Shown: positions 38,998-52,765 of the stretch, in pieces
How positions within the stretch are numbered: the first letter of the stretch is position 1
How the letters are laid out: each line of letters opens with the position of its first letter
Assembly (NCBI GenBank): GCA_000165425.1
Contig: CT868677.1
Coordinates: 1-64,000, forward strand
Direction of reading: 5' to 3'
DNA: 64,000 nucleotides
Source: Paramecium tetraurelia
Taxonomy: Eukaryota
Position numbers and translations under genes: made by a program
Notes under the pieces: model-generated
Seen by the model: only the letters and a program-made list of their open reading frames with translations
What the model was told of the DNA's origin: nothing
The model's database searches: none

Positions 38998-40722
38998 TCA
39001 AGATTTTCTAGAGATACGAAGTGTTTTTTATCTTTTCAAACTAACACGAAGACGAGATGACTTTTCTTGACCCATCTGATTGTTGTCTTCATCCATAAAG
39101 ATGAAGGAACTCTATTCAATAATGGAAGACACGAATCTCTCTACATCAGAATGGATAAAAAATTGATTCTTGAGTTACATAGCATAAATGTCATTGCTCA
39201 ACTTAAAAATCCTCTAACGTAAAGTCAAGATGTCTACAGTTTCTCTGGCAAACTTCAATTGCAACTTTGCAGATTTCATCTCCTACCTGTATTTAAGGAT
39301 TTCCCTTTGTTCCTTGATGTGAGATCGATACCTCTCTCGCATCAACAAAGTGATGAAGACGTTCTAAAAGTATAGTTGGTATCCTTTCTCATATAGAAAT
39401 TTAACCCAAGTCAAAAATCGCTTATCAGCTTTGTGCATAGATTGATACTAATGAATCTTCATGGTATACTGATCCCACTTCTAAATCATCTTCGCTTTGT
39501 ACTCCCTCACATTCTTAACGAACTAATTCAAATTCACCCTGATCAACTGTAACTTCCCACTCGTGATCAAAGCCTTCTTCTTGAACATGTACAAACTCGC
39601 TCGCCATTTCAACAGTGGCAGAACAAGAGCCAACGAATTGTGAATGATCCTCCTCTTCGATTGCTTACAAAACATAGTCAACGTCATCATTGTTTGTCCC
39701 ACTGTCCTATGACCTAAGTCCTCGCGATTCAATTTGTAATCCTCTCTGAACTTCCTCATCCTCAATTAAATGCTAATGACCATCATTTTATTTTTCTTCA
39801 ATTGCCTCCTTCTCTATTGCAATATGCTATTCAGATTGTCTACCAACTTCAAAAAGTGAAGCAATTCACCCCAAAGGAAGGTCTGCTCTCTCCTTCTCTC
39901 CCGGTTTCGTAAGGTCAAGGTAATCAACTTGTATTCATCATGAGCCCATTCTTTAGCTTGAAAATCAAGATTTTTCTATTGATTAGCCTCTATGATGGCT
40001 TTCTTTTATAGATTTCTCGTCTTAAGCACCTGCAAGAAACGATCTGATCGACTCACCTCCACTTCATACTTATTCACTTTCTTAACTGCCTGTATCTTAT
40101 TCTGATTCACTATAAATTGGGGCATTCTGGGAATCTCATCACTCATCTGGACTCTCTCGTGATTACTCGATATTCGTATCAACTTCTTGAAAGAGTCTGT
40201 CTATCCATAGTATATCATGAACTTAATGTCTGTTTGTTTACGAGCCACAAATGCCAAATTAAGTTTCTCCTCCCCATTATGTCTTACAGTCCATGTTCTA
40301 TTTCTTATCACTTGATCACAATTAAATTTGGTTGGAAATGGAGAGTTAAAAGATATCATTATCTGAAAGTCGCCATCACAATACACCGTACAATTCAGAG
40401 GAGATTTTTAACCTTTTGTGGGAATATTGCAATAATAAAATTCCATCGGAGTCACTTTATATACTTTCCCAGATACGAGTGTCCCTCCCAATTGGCATTC
40501 TGGATGGAGGTTGGGCTCAGTGGCCGTCTGTTTCAATGCATAACGAAGACTCTTCATTTCCTCCACGCTTTCAAGCATCATCCATGATCGCTAGAACTTC
40601 TCCGACGTCTCTTCCAATATACGAGATTGATCAAAAACACCAGAACCACTTGTTTGAGATCTGTAGTGCGATATAGAGGGAGAGTAAAGCTGATTAACTG
40701 GTCTAATTATTGATTTCTTCAT
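38998..40722 (-). CDS. Hypothetical basic/helical protein
   Basis: Long code-6 frame from MKKSIIRPVNQ... to ...LRISRKS-TGA. Confidence 0.7.
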
Positions 40723-41518
40723 TATATAATTATTATATATTCTTGTCAAACTTTAGTAGTTTCTAATTATTGCATTTAACCAACTTATCAATCCATTAAA
40801 ATCTGAACATCAAAGAGTCAATATTGTGTGTCAATTTTTTAACTTATTTATATATTCATAATCTCTTTACAAAATTAATTAAAGTGTTCTATATGATAAC
40901 TTGAAATTTCAATGTAGAATATATAATACCTCATAAATCTGTATTCAATCACTGGATGCTTGGGGTTTTAATCAAAACAAATAGATCGTTTGAATTCTAT
41001 AGATATTTACAGTATTTAGTCATAGATTTGAGAGAAACAAAAATTATATTATTGACTTGATTTATAAATATAATCGCTTTTATTTATATAATAAATTATA
41101 TAGCTATTGAATTTGAGTAGATACATATTATTATCAATGGAACCTTTAAGAGTTTAAAGATGTTAGAATGTCATAATGTTAGGTATAAATATTTAGTTAA
41201 TTATTATTATTTTTTATTTTTATATTTATTTTTATTTCCTTAAAAATAATAACGTATTATTAATATTCTATTAATTAATGAAAAAAATGATATTGTTTAT
41301 GAGTCGCTGGATGAAAGATAATGAAAAAATTAAGAAGGCTAAAAAATCTGTTAATCTTCAACTTTGGTCATACATATATATCCTTAATTTATGTTACATT
41401 ATAAATTAAAACAAATAACATAATTTAATAATCAAAAACATTTTATATCTTATTAATTCATTATCATTATTATGTACAATTAAATAATTATGTTTTCTTT
41501 TTCTATTTCAATTAATTA

Positions 41519-42697
41519 ATGTTTAAATAACAAATTTTAGAATCTAGTATCTTTTAAACAATTCATCATCATCTTGAAGAGTAACTTAGTGTTAAATCGA
41601 ATAAATTCATAAAACTTGAGACTGAAATCGAAATGATTGATATGTCATTAAAGTAATTATAAGAATAATAATCTGAACTATTAATCAAATGTCTGAAGTA
41701 ATGGATTATATCTGAAAAGTACTTTAAAGTGATTAAGGTTTTGGATAATGTAAAACATGATAATTCGAGACTTTTGGAATTACTCAAACTCTATGATGTA
41801 TTTATCATACATCAGAGTGAAAACTCAGTTCAATTTTTGTACAGCAATAAATTTAGTTAAGTAATTTAAAAGAAGGAGGACTTCTTCGTAAATCAATCTT
41901 AAATCACCTACATATTTAAATTTTCATCGTTGGGTAACATCAACCAATAGCCTGACCTTTTTGTGAATGTGATGAAATTGATCAATTGTGTATATCCACT
42001 TTCGACCTTGACATTTAAGTGGATCCCCTATAAGCATTTGAATTTACTCCTTGATAGTCAATCATAATCTTATGATATCAACGAAGTAATAATGAAACTA
42101 CTTGATCTATTTGATATAATACAGTGGAAACAGATCGATTATCTAGAACTGTTGTCGACAGTGATACCAGAGTCGGATATGTTGATGTATAGGAGTCCCT
42201 AGGAGTTTTTTGATTGTGCATTGGGAAAACAGAATGTTTATGAGTTATATTTGGATGGGAAATGCGTATCTTTTGCCAAGGGGTAATTCCAATTCAATTG
42301 CATTTGTAATTAGGAGTTTAAGCAGTTCTTGGTTCTGGGGAAGACGCGTTCAAGATTGCTCAATGTGAAGGATCAAATGCGGATTGCTGAATTAATAAGC
42401 AATCACTGCAAATCGAGTAGGAGTATGATGGTGTTTGTGGAATCAGAGGATGAGACTTTTGATTTAGAGTAATTTGAGTAGGTGTGTCATTAAAATCCAA
42501 AATTGTTTAGATCTCAGCATTTTCAGGTGGAGAGTTAGCAGAATGCTATTCTGATTGATAAAATTACTATGTTGTATCTATCAATGCAAGATGATCTTAG
42601 CAATATGTTCTCTCAACTTTCAACTGAATAACATGAGGTCATCTACAATTCATTCAGAAGTGCGTTGCTAAACAAATTTGTGATTGATAAACTATGA
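41519..42697 (+). CDS. Hypothetical protein
   Basis: Code-6 frame MFKQQILESSIFQTIHHH...FVIDKL-TGA. Confidence 0.65.
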
Positions 42698-42736
42698 AAA
42701 TTAAGAATTATATTTTAAAATAAAATTTATTTGACA

Positions 42737-43372
42737 ATGTAATCTAGTGGGTAGAAATCTCAAATTATAAAACGAACAACCTTTCTGAACTCATCTTCAG
42801 CCTTCAGTACAAATAGTAGAACCAATTCTATCGTATAGGACAACAATTAAAAAAAGGAGTTAAGAAGGTAGATAATCACAAGTATAATATAGGTATCCAA
42901 CAGAATGGGCTGAATAAATAGACAATAAATCAGATAATCGATTTCATCATACAATCATCAATAAAAGCAAAGACGAGCACAATCCAAGTTTGGCATCTCC
43001 AAGCAAAATATTTGGAATCTAAGAAGGGTATGAGTGCAAATCATTCTTAGCAATAACCCAAGCAGATTTCATACGACCAATGAGGATCTTTTGTCCTCAT
43101 TCCGAAAGAAGAATCAATCACTTGGCAATTTGGGAAGTTGGTAGTTCACCTCTCCACAGCCTCAGTCATCCTTGATCTCTAAATCTAACACCAGCAAAAC
43201 TATATCCAGGAGAGTGGATCTGGCCGTTCCTCTGTCAGAACTATTGGAGATATCAAGACAATTAGATTGTTCATAATAGGAGGAGATCAGATAATTGTCA
43301 CGAGGTTATGTCAATTAACTCTTCCAATTATCATAAACTATTGAAAGAGTACTTCGAAATATAAAGAGATGA
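42737..43372 (+). CDS. Hypothetical protein
   Basis: MQSSGQKSQIIKR...; one 25-nt intron; ends VLRNIKR-TGA. Confidence 0.7.
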
Positions 43373-43424
43373 GATTATTGATGGATATTTATGTTAAGAT
43401 TAATAGTAATTAGTATCTATAAAA

Positions 43425-44445
43425 TCATTTAAGAATGGACAATTACATCAATGCTTTATCCTTCTGTATCTAAGCTGAATTCTTAGTGTGAGTGGATGCT
43501 GATTAATTTCTCATGATTTTCTATTTGATCTTAATCCCAGTAGCTATGTATTTTTGTTCATCCAAATCCCCCAAAAGACGATCTGGATATTTGGTTGGAC
43601 TGAATCGACTTTGCGGTGTCATGGATTGACAAAATCCAATGATAGTCTTTATGATATCAGTCGATCTTTGTTCGTTGTGATTGTTTTGCAAGGCCACTAT
43701 TCTCTTGTTCCCAACATATCCCTTGTAGATGGAATCAAAATGGTATTAAGGAATCAGATGGTCTTACTTTGATGCCAACAGTATCATTGGACAGGTGATG
43801 TTTAAATGTAAAGGCAATTGGACCTTGCTTATTTGAAACTGGAACAATTTTGCAATGCTTCCTGAATTTACACAAGATAATATACTTCTGATCAACTCAT
43901 ACAATCCTTTGTTGATGATGTCTGGAGTGTGGAGTTTCAATTTTATTAAATTTATCACTACATCTTCCAAAACCAAAAATGGACTGTCCAAAACCAAACA
44001 TTTTATATTTTGGTTCTTCTGAGTGTACATCAAGGCTGTCGTAGCTCCCATTGATCTGCCCCACAAGATGATGTGAAAATATTTCTCCTTCAAGTGTCGA
44101 ATCACTAACGCCACGTTCTCCTCCTCTTTTAAACTTCATCAACATAACTAATTACCCAAATGTCACAAAGTCTCCTTCAGACTACCCAGCTGCCTAAAAA
44201 TCAAATGAACAAAAATCGAAATCACTCTTGCATACAAAGGAAGCATATTACACAGCTTCTAACCTTGATCCATTATACCCATGCAAATATAATACGCATG
44301 ATTGTGTGTACTTATTGCATTTATATAGAGAACATTGTAATCCTTGCAACTAGAAATCTTATCTCGGATAACCACATTCTAAATCTGATTTGTTATAAGC
44401 AACACGCTTAGGTTACATAATTTACCTACAATAACCATCGAACAT
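43425..44445 (-). CDS. Alpha/beta-fold serine hydrolase
   Basis: CVLYLHGYNGSRLE, FDFQAAGQSEG.FVTFG, nucleophile elbow LWGRSMGA, LVLDSPF and a C-terminal HNE motif. Confidence 0.9.
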
Positions 44446-45103
44446 TTTAATTTCTTTTTATTTGCCTTTTTATTAAATATAAATATAAAATGGAATCAAA
44501 TCCCAAGCAGAAAGACCGACTGCAATGCAATGCAATTCAATTCAATGTTTATTTGTGAGTACTTCAATTTTATGAATCACATTCATTGTTAAATATTCAT
44601 AATCTCAAATACCAATTTATATTGTGAATTACTATTAAATATTAATAATCTTAAATAACAAAATGGATTAGTAATCATTTTAATACTCCCCCCATATTAT
44701 GACTCTTCTGATTCTCCTTTTCGATTGATAATAATTAAGATGTTTGATTCTCAACATTTTTGACATAATTTAGGTGCAGTCAATATGGATGGCTATATTG
44801 TCTATTCGTTAACATCAAATAAAATAATAATTGATAAAAAATACAAAATACTTTAATAAAATCCATAATTTTATATGTATTTTATCTTTGAGTATAGATG
44901 GCTATATTTGTCCTCCAAATTAACTTAAGTGCATTTTTGAGGGGCAGTGACTATCCAATGTTGGAAACCATATCCAAAATTGCATGCGAATCTCATAAAA
45001 GTCCTCTTCCATTTGGAGATGTCATATATACATCTGCTAAATTGTTTTATGAGTGAGATCAGATGTGTTAACTATTATTAATAAAAGTTTATATACAGAT
45101 CAT

Positions 45104-48100
45104 ATGAAAAGAGTTAAAAAAATACGTATGCACACTCTTACTGACGAGCGGTTATCGCCTCTCAAGTTTCCGTCAATTTAATCAATCAATAAGACTATTT
45201 AGGGGGAAGATGGAACAGTAAATGATTACATTAAATTAATGAACAGGTTTTCGAGATGCAGCAGTTGATGAGTCGAGCCAATATGTGCACAAGCAACAAG
45301 ACGGTTAGAACATTGCAGAAAATCACCAATGAATAAAGTGAGAGGAAGGATTTACAATTGTTGTAGTAATGGACCGATGTAATATACATACGTAATAAGG
45401 ATAGTCAATGGTGTAATAGATTCAACAGCAGAATTTTTACAGTATCACCGAGTTTTACGATAAGATAGAGCTGATTTACTCTGGATCCATAGGGTAGCTT
45501 TGTCAACAACTTTCTGTAAAGTGCAATGATTATTCCTAATTAATTGATAAAATATGGACGTAATTCACTGGAATTGTGAAGGAGATAATTGAAAAATAAT
45601 CGCGAACCAATAGAAAATTGGAGAAGGAAAGTTTAACAAACACGATTAAAATACATGAAAGGTATTAAACTCAGATGAGTGAGAAATTGCAAAGATTAAA
45701 CGAGGCTGAAAAGTAGTTGAAGAGGAATGCTGAATACGCCGAGAAAATGAACAAGGAGAATCGTTACCTAAGAAAAAAGACTTGTAAATTGTCAACTGAA
45801 CTTAGCAGTCACAACAACGACATCGAATTACTAAAGTTGTAATTGCAAGATTTGAGTAAGGAGAATGAGACTCTCAAATTATTTTAGCAAGTTCGTCATC
45901 AGAATGACCACTTCACAGCTGACTTTGAGGAGGAACTCTACAAAGCCAAGAAGGAGATTTTCGATGACTTTAAGTTAGTCTTCGAAGAACAGACTAAAAA
46001 ATTCGAAGAAGCTTACCTAAACAAAATACAGGATCTGGAAAGGGGATCAGATGACAAGGCCTAGAAGGATGAAAACTTAATTGAGGAGTACGAAGAAATT
46101 CTATTCAAGGATAAATGTGTAGGGAACACTGTTGAGTTCAGTGAGATCCAGGTAGATACGAGCGAGTAATATATTCATTAATAAAAGCTTGGTTCTTAAA
46201 GCAGAAATGTTCACTCAAACTGTCAATCAAAAAAGAAGAACCTATGATTGTGCAAATCAGACCATGCCTATTCCGAGCAATAGTCAAGCTTGTGAGGCCA
46301 ATTATGCTCTAATCAAAAGAGAATGCATTCCTAGAAATCAACAAGAATAAACCTATTTGGAAATGTCAAAATATCCAATTAAGACTTTCACAGATGATTA
46401 CTATTAATTGTATATTGAAAGAGTGGAAGTTGAAAAGAAGACCTTTTCCAGTGTGTTGGAGAGTATTCTGGATCAATTGAAATCTCGATCTTTACAAATC
46501 TTCAGTATCATGTAAATGAAAGAGGAGTTGTTCCAAGAAGACTTTCGTGAAGCCGATAAGTATTTTCAGAACTCTTATTCGGTTTTTCTGTTTTTGGTCA
46601 ATGATTTCCAGGATATCATCAAAAAGTTGAAGGAGGAATTGATAACTCGAAAAATATAAATCTTTGAAACTTAAATTGACTGTAAACAAAGCAATAGACA
46701 AAAGATCTAGACACAGAAGAGATTTGATCTCTTGGCATCCAAGTATCAATAGCAAGTTAAGAATTTTAATTTCATCTCCAAATAACTTAAGGCTGTCTCT
46801 CGATTTCTACCATAATACTAACAGGATTAAATCAGAAGGAAGGCTATTCGTCACAAAATTAATTTTGAATTCCCAAAAGGTATTTCGCCAACTCCTTTGC
46901 TAATAAGTACTAATAACTTAAATCCCCCGATTCCTTAGAATTTCAATATTAGTTCAGCATCTCTCTTACCACCTTAATAATAAGTTCAACCAGCCTTGTC
47001 TATCAATCCAAAGAACTCATTGGGATACCTCCCTCCTATGACTCCCCTAGAACCCTTTTAAGACAGTAGCATCCCATAGAGAACTTCAATGGCAGAGCTG
47101 AGTTGTGATTCTCCAGATGGTCCTGAAGCATTCTCGCCTTCGAAACCAATCATAGCACTCAATTGTAAGAAGTCTAAATTTGATTTGTAGTCTTCCCGGA
47201 CAATAAGTTTGAGGATTCCTAGAGTTCTTCAGATGAGGAGGTAGATCTGTCTGAGTGTCTGAATCCAGTGAAGAACTTATTGTCAATAGAGAAGAAGCTA
47301 TTCGTGAGTAGATGTGGCAGTAAGAACACTTAATTGGCCACGTAAACCTTATTGCAGGAGATCCAACAATTTCGAAGAGACAAAATAGAGAACATTGTCA
47401 CATAACATACGTTGATAAAGATCTTGGCCAATTTCGTGTAGTGGTGTCTGAAATTCAACAAGTTCACTTACCCATTGCATGTGCAATTGTATGAGTACTT
47501 TTCGAGTGAGAATCAATCTCAACCTCAGAATGTATGGCTGGGCAAAGTGGCCAGAGTGATAAAATCCTTAATTTATTATAAGCGAAGGAGTGACACGGCA
47601 AGACTATTTCATTCGATGCTGATTGGAGATGTATTATGATATAATAAAGCTAGTTAAGTTTCCAAATCTATTTGCAAATATTGAGCAATTTACAGAGTGC
47701 CACCTTCACGGAAACTGGCATTCAAGTGCTTCAATCCTAACTAGCCGAATACATCAAAGGGATGTAGAAGTAGCCTCAATATGTGGATTATGATGCGGAA
47801 ATCTCGCATCATTTGGGACCTATGCAGGATATCAAGATTCAGGAATTGCTCTTGAAATATTCTACTATACTTTAGATTTTTGCAGAAGATGGAGAACGAC
47901 TGACTCAGAATCAGTTCAGATTGCTATTACTGGAGTTGGAGAACAAGAGAGAGGAACAGCAGATCATCAGTATGTTCAACAATGAATGCGATATAGAATA
48001 ATAATAAGTTCAGTACATTTCGTTTTAGAGATTTGCGATTATTTGTGAGGAACTGCAATTACTTTAAGGGTTGGATGAATACTTGACTCGAAATGATGTT

Positions 48101-48343
48101 TAGTATTTTAAAGACATGGACCTATGGAGAGTAAGAGAGGTGGAATTAAAGTTGATGTTGATTCGGAGTCACAATTATGATGCGTCTGAAAGGGATCTGT
48201 TTATGAGGATGTACAAATTGCATCAGCCACAATAGCGAATCATTTTGGGACGCTACTTGGAGAGAAGGGCTAAGGAATTGTTGTTACAACGATATACTTT
48301 TGAGTGTTTGGCTCCGTTTATGTAACTTTTCGAATAATAATGA
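45104..48343 (+). CDS. Large coiled-coil protein with an axonemal dynein light intermediate chain (p28/AXDND1)-like N-terminal motif
   Basis: RKDLQLLQQWTDSMV...IELIYSGSIGQLCQQLSVKCNDYSQLIDKIW, a long coiled coil, a P-rich linker and a helical C-terminus; several 26-29 nt introns; TGA at 48341-48343. Confidence 0.65.
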
Positions 48344-48449
48344 TAATATTTATTTTGATATTCACAAGGAAGAAGATTTAATATTGCAATTGCACTAATT
48401 ATTATTTAAATAAAGTATTTATATAAATATAGGTGTCTACATTTGTAAA

Positions 48450-48902
48450 ATGATGTTCAAATAAACAAAAGTGAATGATGGCTTCAAACTTCCTAGAATC
48501 GAGAAGCCCTCTGCTTACATTATTTAGACCAATCGAGATTCCTTGGATTTTCTATTGGGAAAGAATAGGAATCCCTTTGATTCCAATAAGGTCCCCCAAT
48601 TGAGACAAGAACCAAAGTAGATTACTGAGATGCCAACAAACCGATTCGCCCGTTGTGGCAGTCAACTTTTGGATCCATCTTCGCAGGTGTTTAAGCCTGT
48701 ACAGTAAACTCAGAGAAAAATCAGTCAAATGGATTGTAAATATGATATTCAGAATTTCTTTACTCTGGAACCATAACTCGAGGCCAAAAAACCTATTGTT
48801 ATTAACAAGAGAAATCGTGTGCCCAAGCATTACCGCTTATAAACCTTTTCGGATTGGGTCAAGAAGTTATATGGTTAAGATTGGTTTAATGATTAAATAT
48901 GA
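48450..48902 (+). CDS. Hypothetical protein
   Basis: Intronless code-6 ORF MMFKQTKVNDGFKLPRI...FSDWVKKLYGQDWFNDQI-TGA. Confidence 0.7.
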
Positions 48903-48960
48903 TCACAAATTTTTGCTTAAACTTTACTTAAATTATTCAATGGCAGGCACTCTGAACTGC

Positions 48961-50576
48961 TCATATTGAGACTCCTCTTTCTTTGATTATTGTTCTTCTT
49001 GCTATTTACTAGAGTAATATACCATCTTTGTTATGAATTCTCCCAGTAATTACGGAACTCTTCATTTCAATTTACTTCTGCGAATAAGTTTTTTCCTTCA
49101 TAGAAGGAATCAATTTGGCTCTGAAGTTCGGCGATTTAATCGGAGTACTAGCTAATTAATTAATGCGCATCATATTAAGGTCAACTTTGAGATCATCGAT
49201 TTTTTGCAATTATTAATCCTATTAACAACTATCAATAATGTCAAAAAATTCATCTTCAAATAGCTCTTCATTCGAAGATTCAAAATATTGATGTTGTAAG
49301 GCCTCCTCAGCAGTGATACGTTTTTTTGGATCCACCTCCAACATTCGTCTTAATAAATCATAAGCAGTTTTAGGAATTGATTCAAAAATTGGAGAATTCC
49401 AATTTATTTTGGCCTCCTAATTTTAATGTACAAGGGTAGTGTAACTACGACTAGGAAATGCAAACCTTCCAGTCAGAATGAGATGGAATACCAATCCTAA
49501 AGAGTAGATATCACAGACTTTATCGTATTTCGTTGATAAATCTGTAATGTTTATTACCTCAGGAGCCACATACCTATAAAAGCTTATTTAATATGATACC
49601 CTGGAGTCCCACAACGAGTGTATAAGTAGACCTTTTCGTGAACATAAGTGGCCAGACCAAAGTCAGCAAGACAAACCGTATCAAGTGCATTTTGTTACTT
49701 AAATAGAATGTTTTCTAGTTTGATATCTCTGTGCATTATATCTTTTGCATGGATGTGCCTAAGACCTAATGATAATTTTGAACGATTAACCCTCTAACAA
49801 TCCTTTGAAAATAGTTTGAATTTCCTTATTTTTAAATTGTATTTTCTTTCTCACGTAATCATGTAATGATCCTCCTTCCAATAGTTCTAAACAAACATAT
49901 AGAGAGTTAGTAGTTTCATTGACCTCATACAGTTTTATGATGTTGACATGATTCATTTGTCTCATTAAGTTGATCTCATTTATCAGAGCTTCTTTTCCAT
50001 TCTCCTCCGCAAAGGCTATCTTCTTTGAAAATGCCTTAATTGCCATATTTTGACCATCATCCACTCGTTATGCATAGTACACAGATGCAAAATTTCCCCT
50101 CCCTATCTACTTGTAAACTCTGTATAGATGATGGAACCCAAACTAATTAATTCGCTTTCCCAAAAACTATCCCCATCTCGTGATTATCAACTGATGGGCC
50201 ATCATTTCAAACTTGTCTTATTCATCTATAAATAACAGTAATTTTATCGGATCCCCCAATCTCTCAACATTTTGAACATACACTTAATCTTCTCGTTCGG
50301 CATTCTGCAAGTTAAAAAATGGACATCCTAGCTTTATCTTAGGCGCTGTTCGAACTATCTCATATTTTAGATCATAATCCATTGTCGTATATTTCAATGG
50401 CTTTTTATAATTCGGGTCCTTTTTGTTAAACTCTCACTAAAAACCTCAAATATTATGAGCATATTGTCTGTCCCCATCAAATACTGAGACTTCCCTTCTA
50501 TTATGAATTCAGACTTTATCAATTGCGCTCCTATATTTATATCATTTGTGTAAGGATTCCACAATTATTTTTTCAT
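48961..50576 (-). CDS. CaMK-like Ser/Thr protein kinase with an N-terminal PH-like region (start uncertain)
   Basis: GRGNFASV, AIKAFSK, HRDIKLEN, ADFGLA, CGTPGYVAPE and DIYSLG; several tiny introns. Confidence 0.92.
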
Positions 50577-51031
50577 TTTTAATCAAATTTTTATCATTTT
50601 TCCATGAAGATTTCCATTGCATCAGACAAAAAGGGGGGGGGAATTTTATACTAATGGATGAGAAATCTTGTCTAAAAATTCATAGTTGATAAAAATTTAA
50701 CATCAGATAATTTTGTCTTTTTTAAGTATATTCTGTCTATAAAATATATCAAGGAAGGTATGTAATTCATAAATGAACATTTGAATAGATTCAAAAGAGT
50801 CAGCATGACTTTTGTTAGGATATTGTTAGATTAACTTTTTCGATTACATAAAATGGAACAATACCTTACAAAAGTTTGATTAAAAATGCTAATGACATCG
50901 TAGAATGCTTATTTAAATGCAAGATATTATCTTAGGAATGGATGAAATTATCAAGAATTTTATGAAATTAAAATACATTCAAACTAACCATGTATAGAGA
51001 TTGAATAACTAAAATACTAATATATTATTAT

Positions 51032-52765
51032 TCAATCCACATCCAAAGATTGGCTCTTCTTTATAAAACCCATTTTTGGTTTTTATGCATTTAATTAGGA
51101 TAATTGTTTAATGATATTTATTTATTCATCTTCTATGGCATATTCATCATCTTAACTTTTTTACTTTTAATAATAACTATTTCTTAATGCCTATTTGTGA
51201 AGATCATGATTCTATTTGTTCTTTTGAGAATTTGGATTATTAAAAAGTAAGCCTTCCTATTTCATGTAAGTGCAGAATTAACTGAACTTTGATGGATTAC
51301 TTTATTACCTATCTGATTTATTAGGACTATTAGCAGAACTCTTATTAGAGCAATTAGACAATGAACCTACAGTTTAGGTTTCGCCATTCCATTATGATTA
51401 TCTGGTCATCAATTACATCGATCCCTCTTAGTTATCTTCAGATCTAAAACTTGAAAATTGTATTACTTCTATATTTACAAGGGAGTCTGGAATTCTGTAT
51501 CTTATTCTAACACAACTTTATCTGTTAAATCCTCCTAATTAAATATTTGTTAAAAGTATTAATGTTTTAAGCATTCGTCTGCAGTATATCTGTTAGCAGG
51601 ATCGGCTTTTAACATTTTCTTGAGTAACTTCCTCAAATTATAAGGACCCTAAAAATATTAACAAGAATCAAATACTTTCTTTAATGATTTATGATCAAAA
51701 TTTATCTTGCATTCCTAGTTTGATTTCAATATTTCCTTATAATTTTATCCACTAAAAGGATGAAAGCCTGTAACCATGAAATAAAATATCACTCCAGCAC
51801 TAAAAATATCGCACTTCTCATTGTAAAAGGGACTCTAATCATTGTACTTCAAAATCTCAGGAGCCACAAACCCAGGTGTCCCACATCTTTTGTAAAGGGG
51901 TTATTAATCCATAATATGTGCTAGTCCTAAATCGGCTATGACAATGTCAGTATCATTATCTTTGCTTTTAAGTAACAAATTCTCAGGTTTAAGGTCTCTA
52001 TGCATACATTATTTAGAATGCATATGAAAGAGTGCTTTTAACATGTTGTGCATTAATTTTTGAATTCTCTAGGCTGAATAAATCGTAGTTTAGAATCTAT
52101 TAAATAATTCTCCTCCCTCTAATAAATCTAATATAAAATAAATTGAATGTTAGGTTTCGTGTACTTCATGCAAATGTAGAATACTCTTCTCATTCAATCT
52201 TCGCATGACTCTGATCTCATTTTCTAGTCCCTCTCTTCCCCTAAATTACTAATTGATGTATTGTTTGCTGAAAGCTTTTACTGCGTGCTGGACTCCGTTA
52301 AAATTTCTTACTGCCAAATATACACTGGCAAAGGTTCCCTTTCCTATCATCTTTATAACTTTATAGTCATTATGGAAAGTTGTCAATATACACTTTGAAA
52401 TTAGAATTTCTCTTAACTGTTTGTGTTTATCATGATAAATATCCACATACTAGCCATTTTTTTTGAGTCTAAGAATTTCTTTATCATCATATTTTTTAAA
52501 TAATAATACTACAACTGTGAGTTGCAGCATTCCTAAAGGCAGATTGTTTTTGAAGGCATATAAAGTTTCATGACCAATTTAAATACTAAATGATTTTAAT
52601 TATTTATTAGTTTTGCTCACTCTACAACATTGGCCCGCATATTCTATGCTATCGTTCTACAGTATTGTTAATATGTACTTTATATTAGGTTTTACAGAAC
52701 TTATTCCAAATCTTAAAACTTTAATGGTCTTTTTTGTCGAAAAATGAATGAATTTGATTATTCAT
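51032..52765 (-). CDS. CaMK-like Ser/Thr protein kinase with an N-terminal PH-like region
   Basis: GKGTFASV, AVKAFSK, HRDLKPEN, ADLGLA, CGTPGFVAPE and DIFSAG; TGA at 51032-51034. Confidence 0.92.

Noticed and set aside
44660..45060. Possible small gene upstream of the 45104 gene
   Set aside because: Short frames exist on both strands, but no consistent start, intron and stop model could be built.
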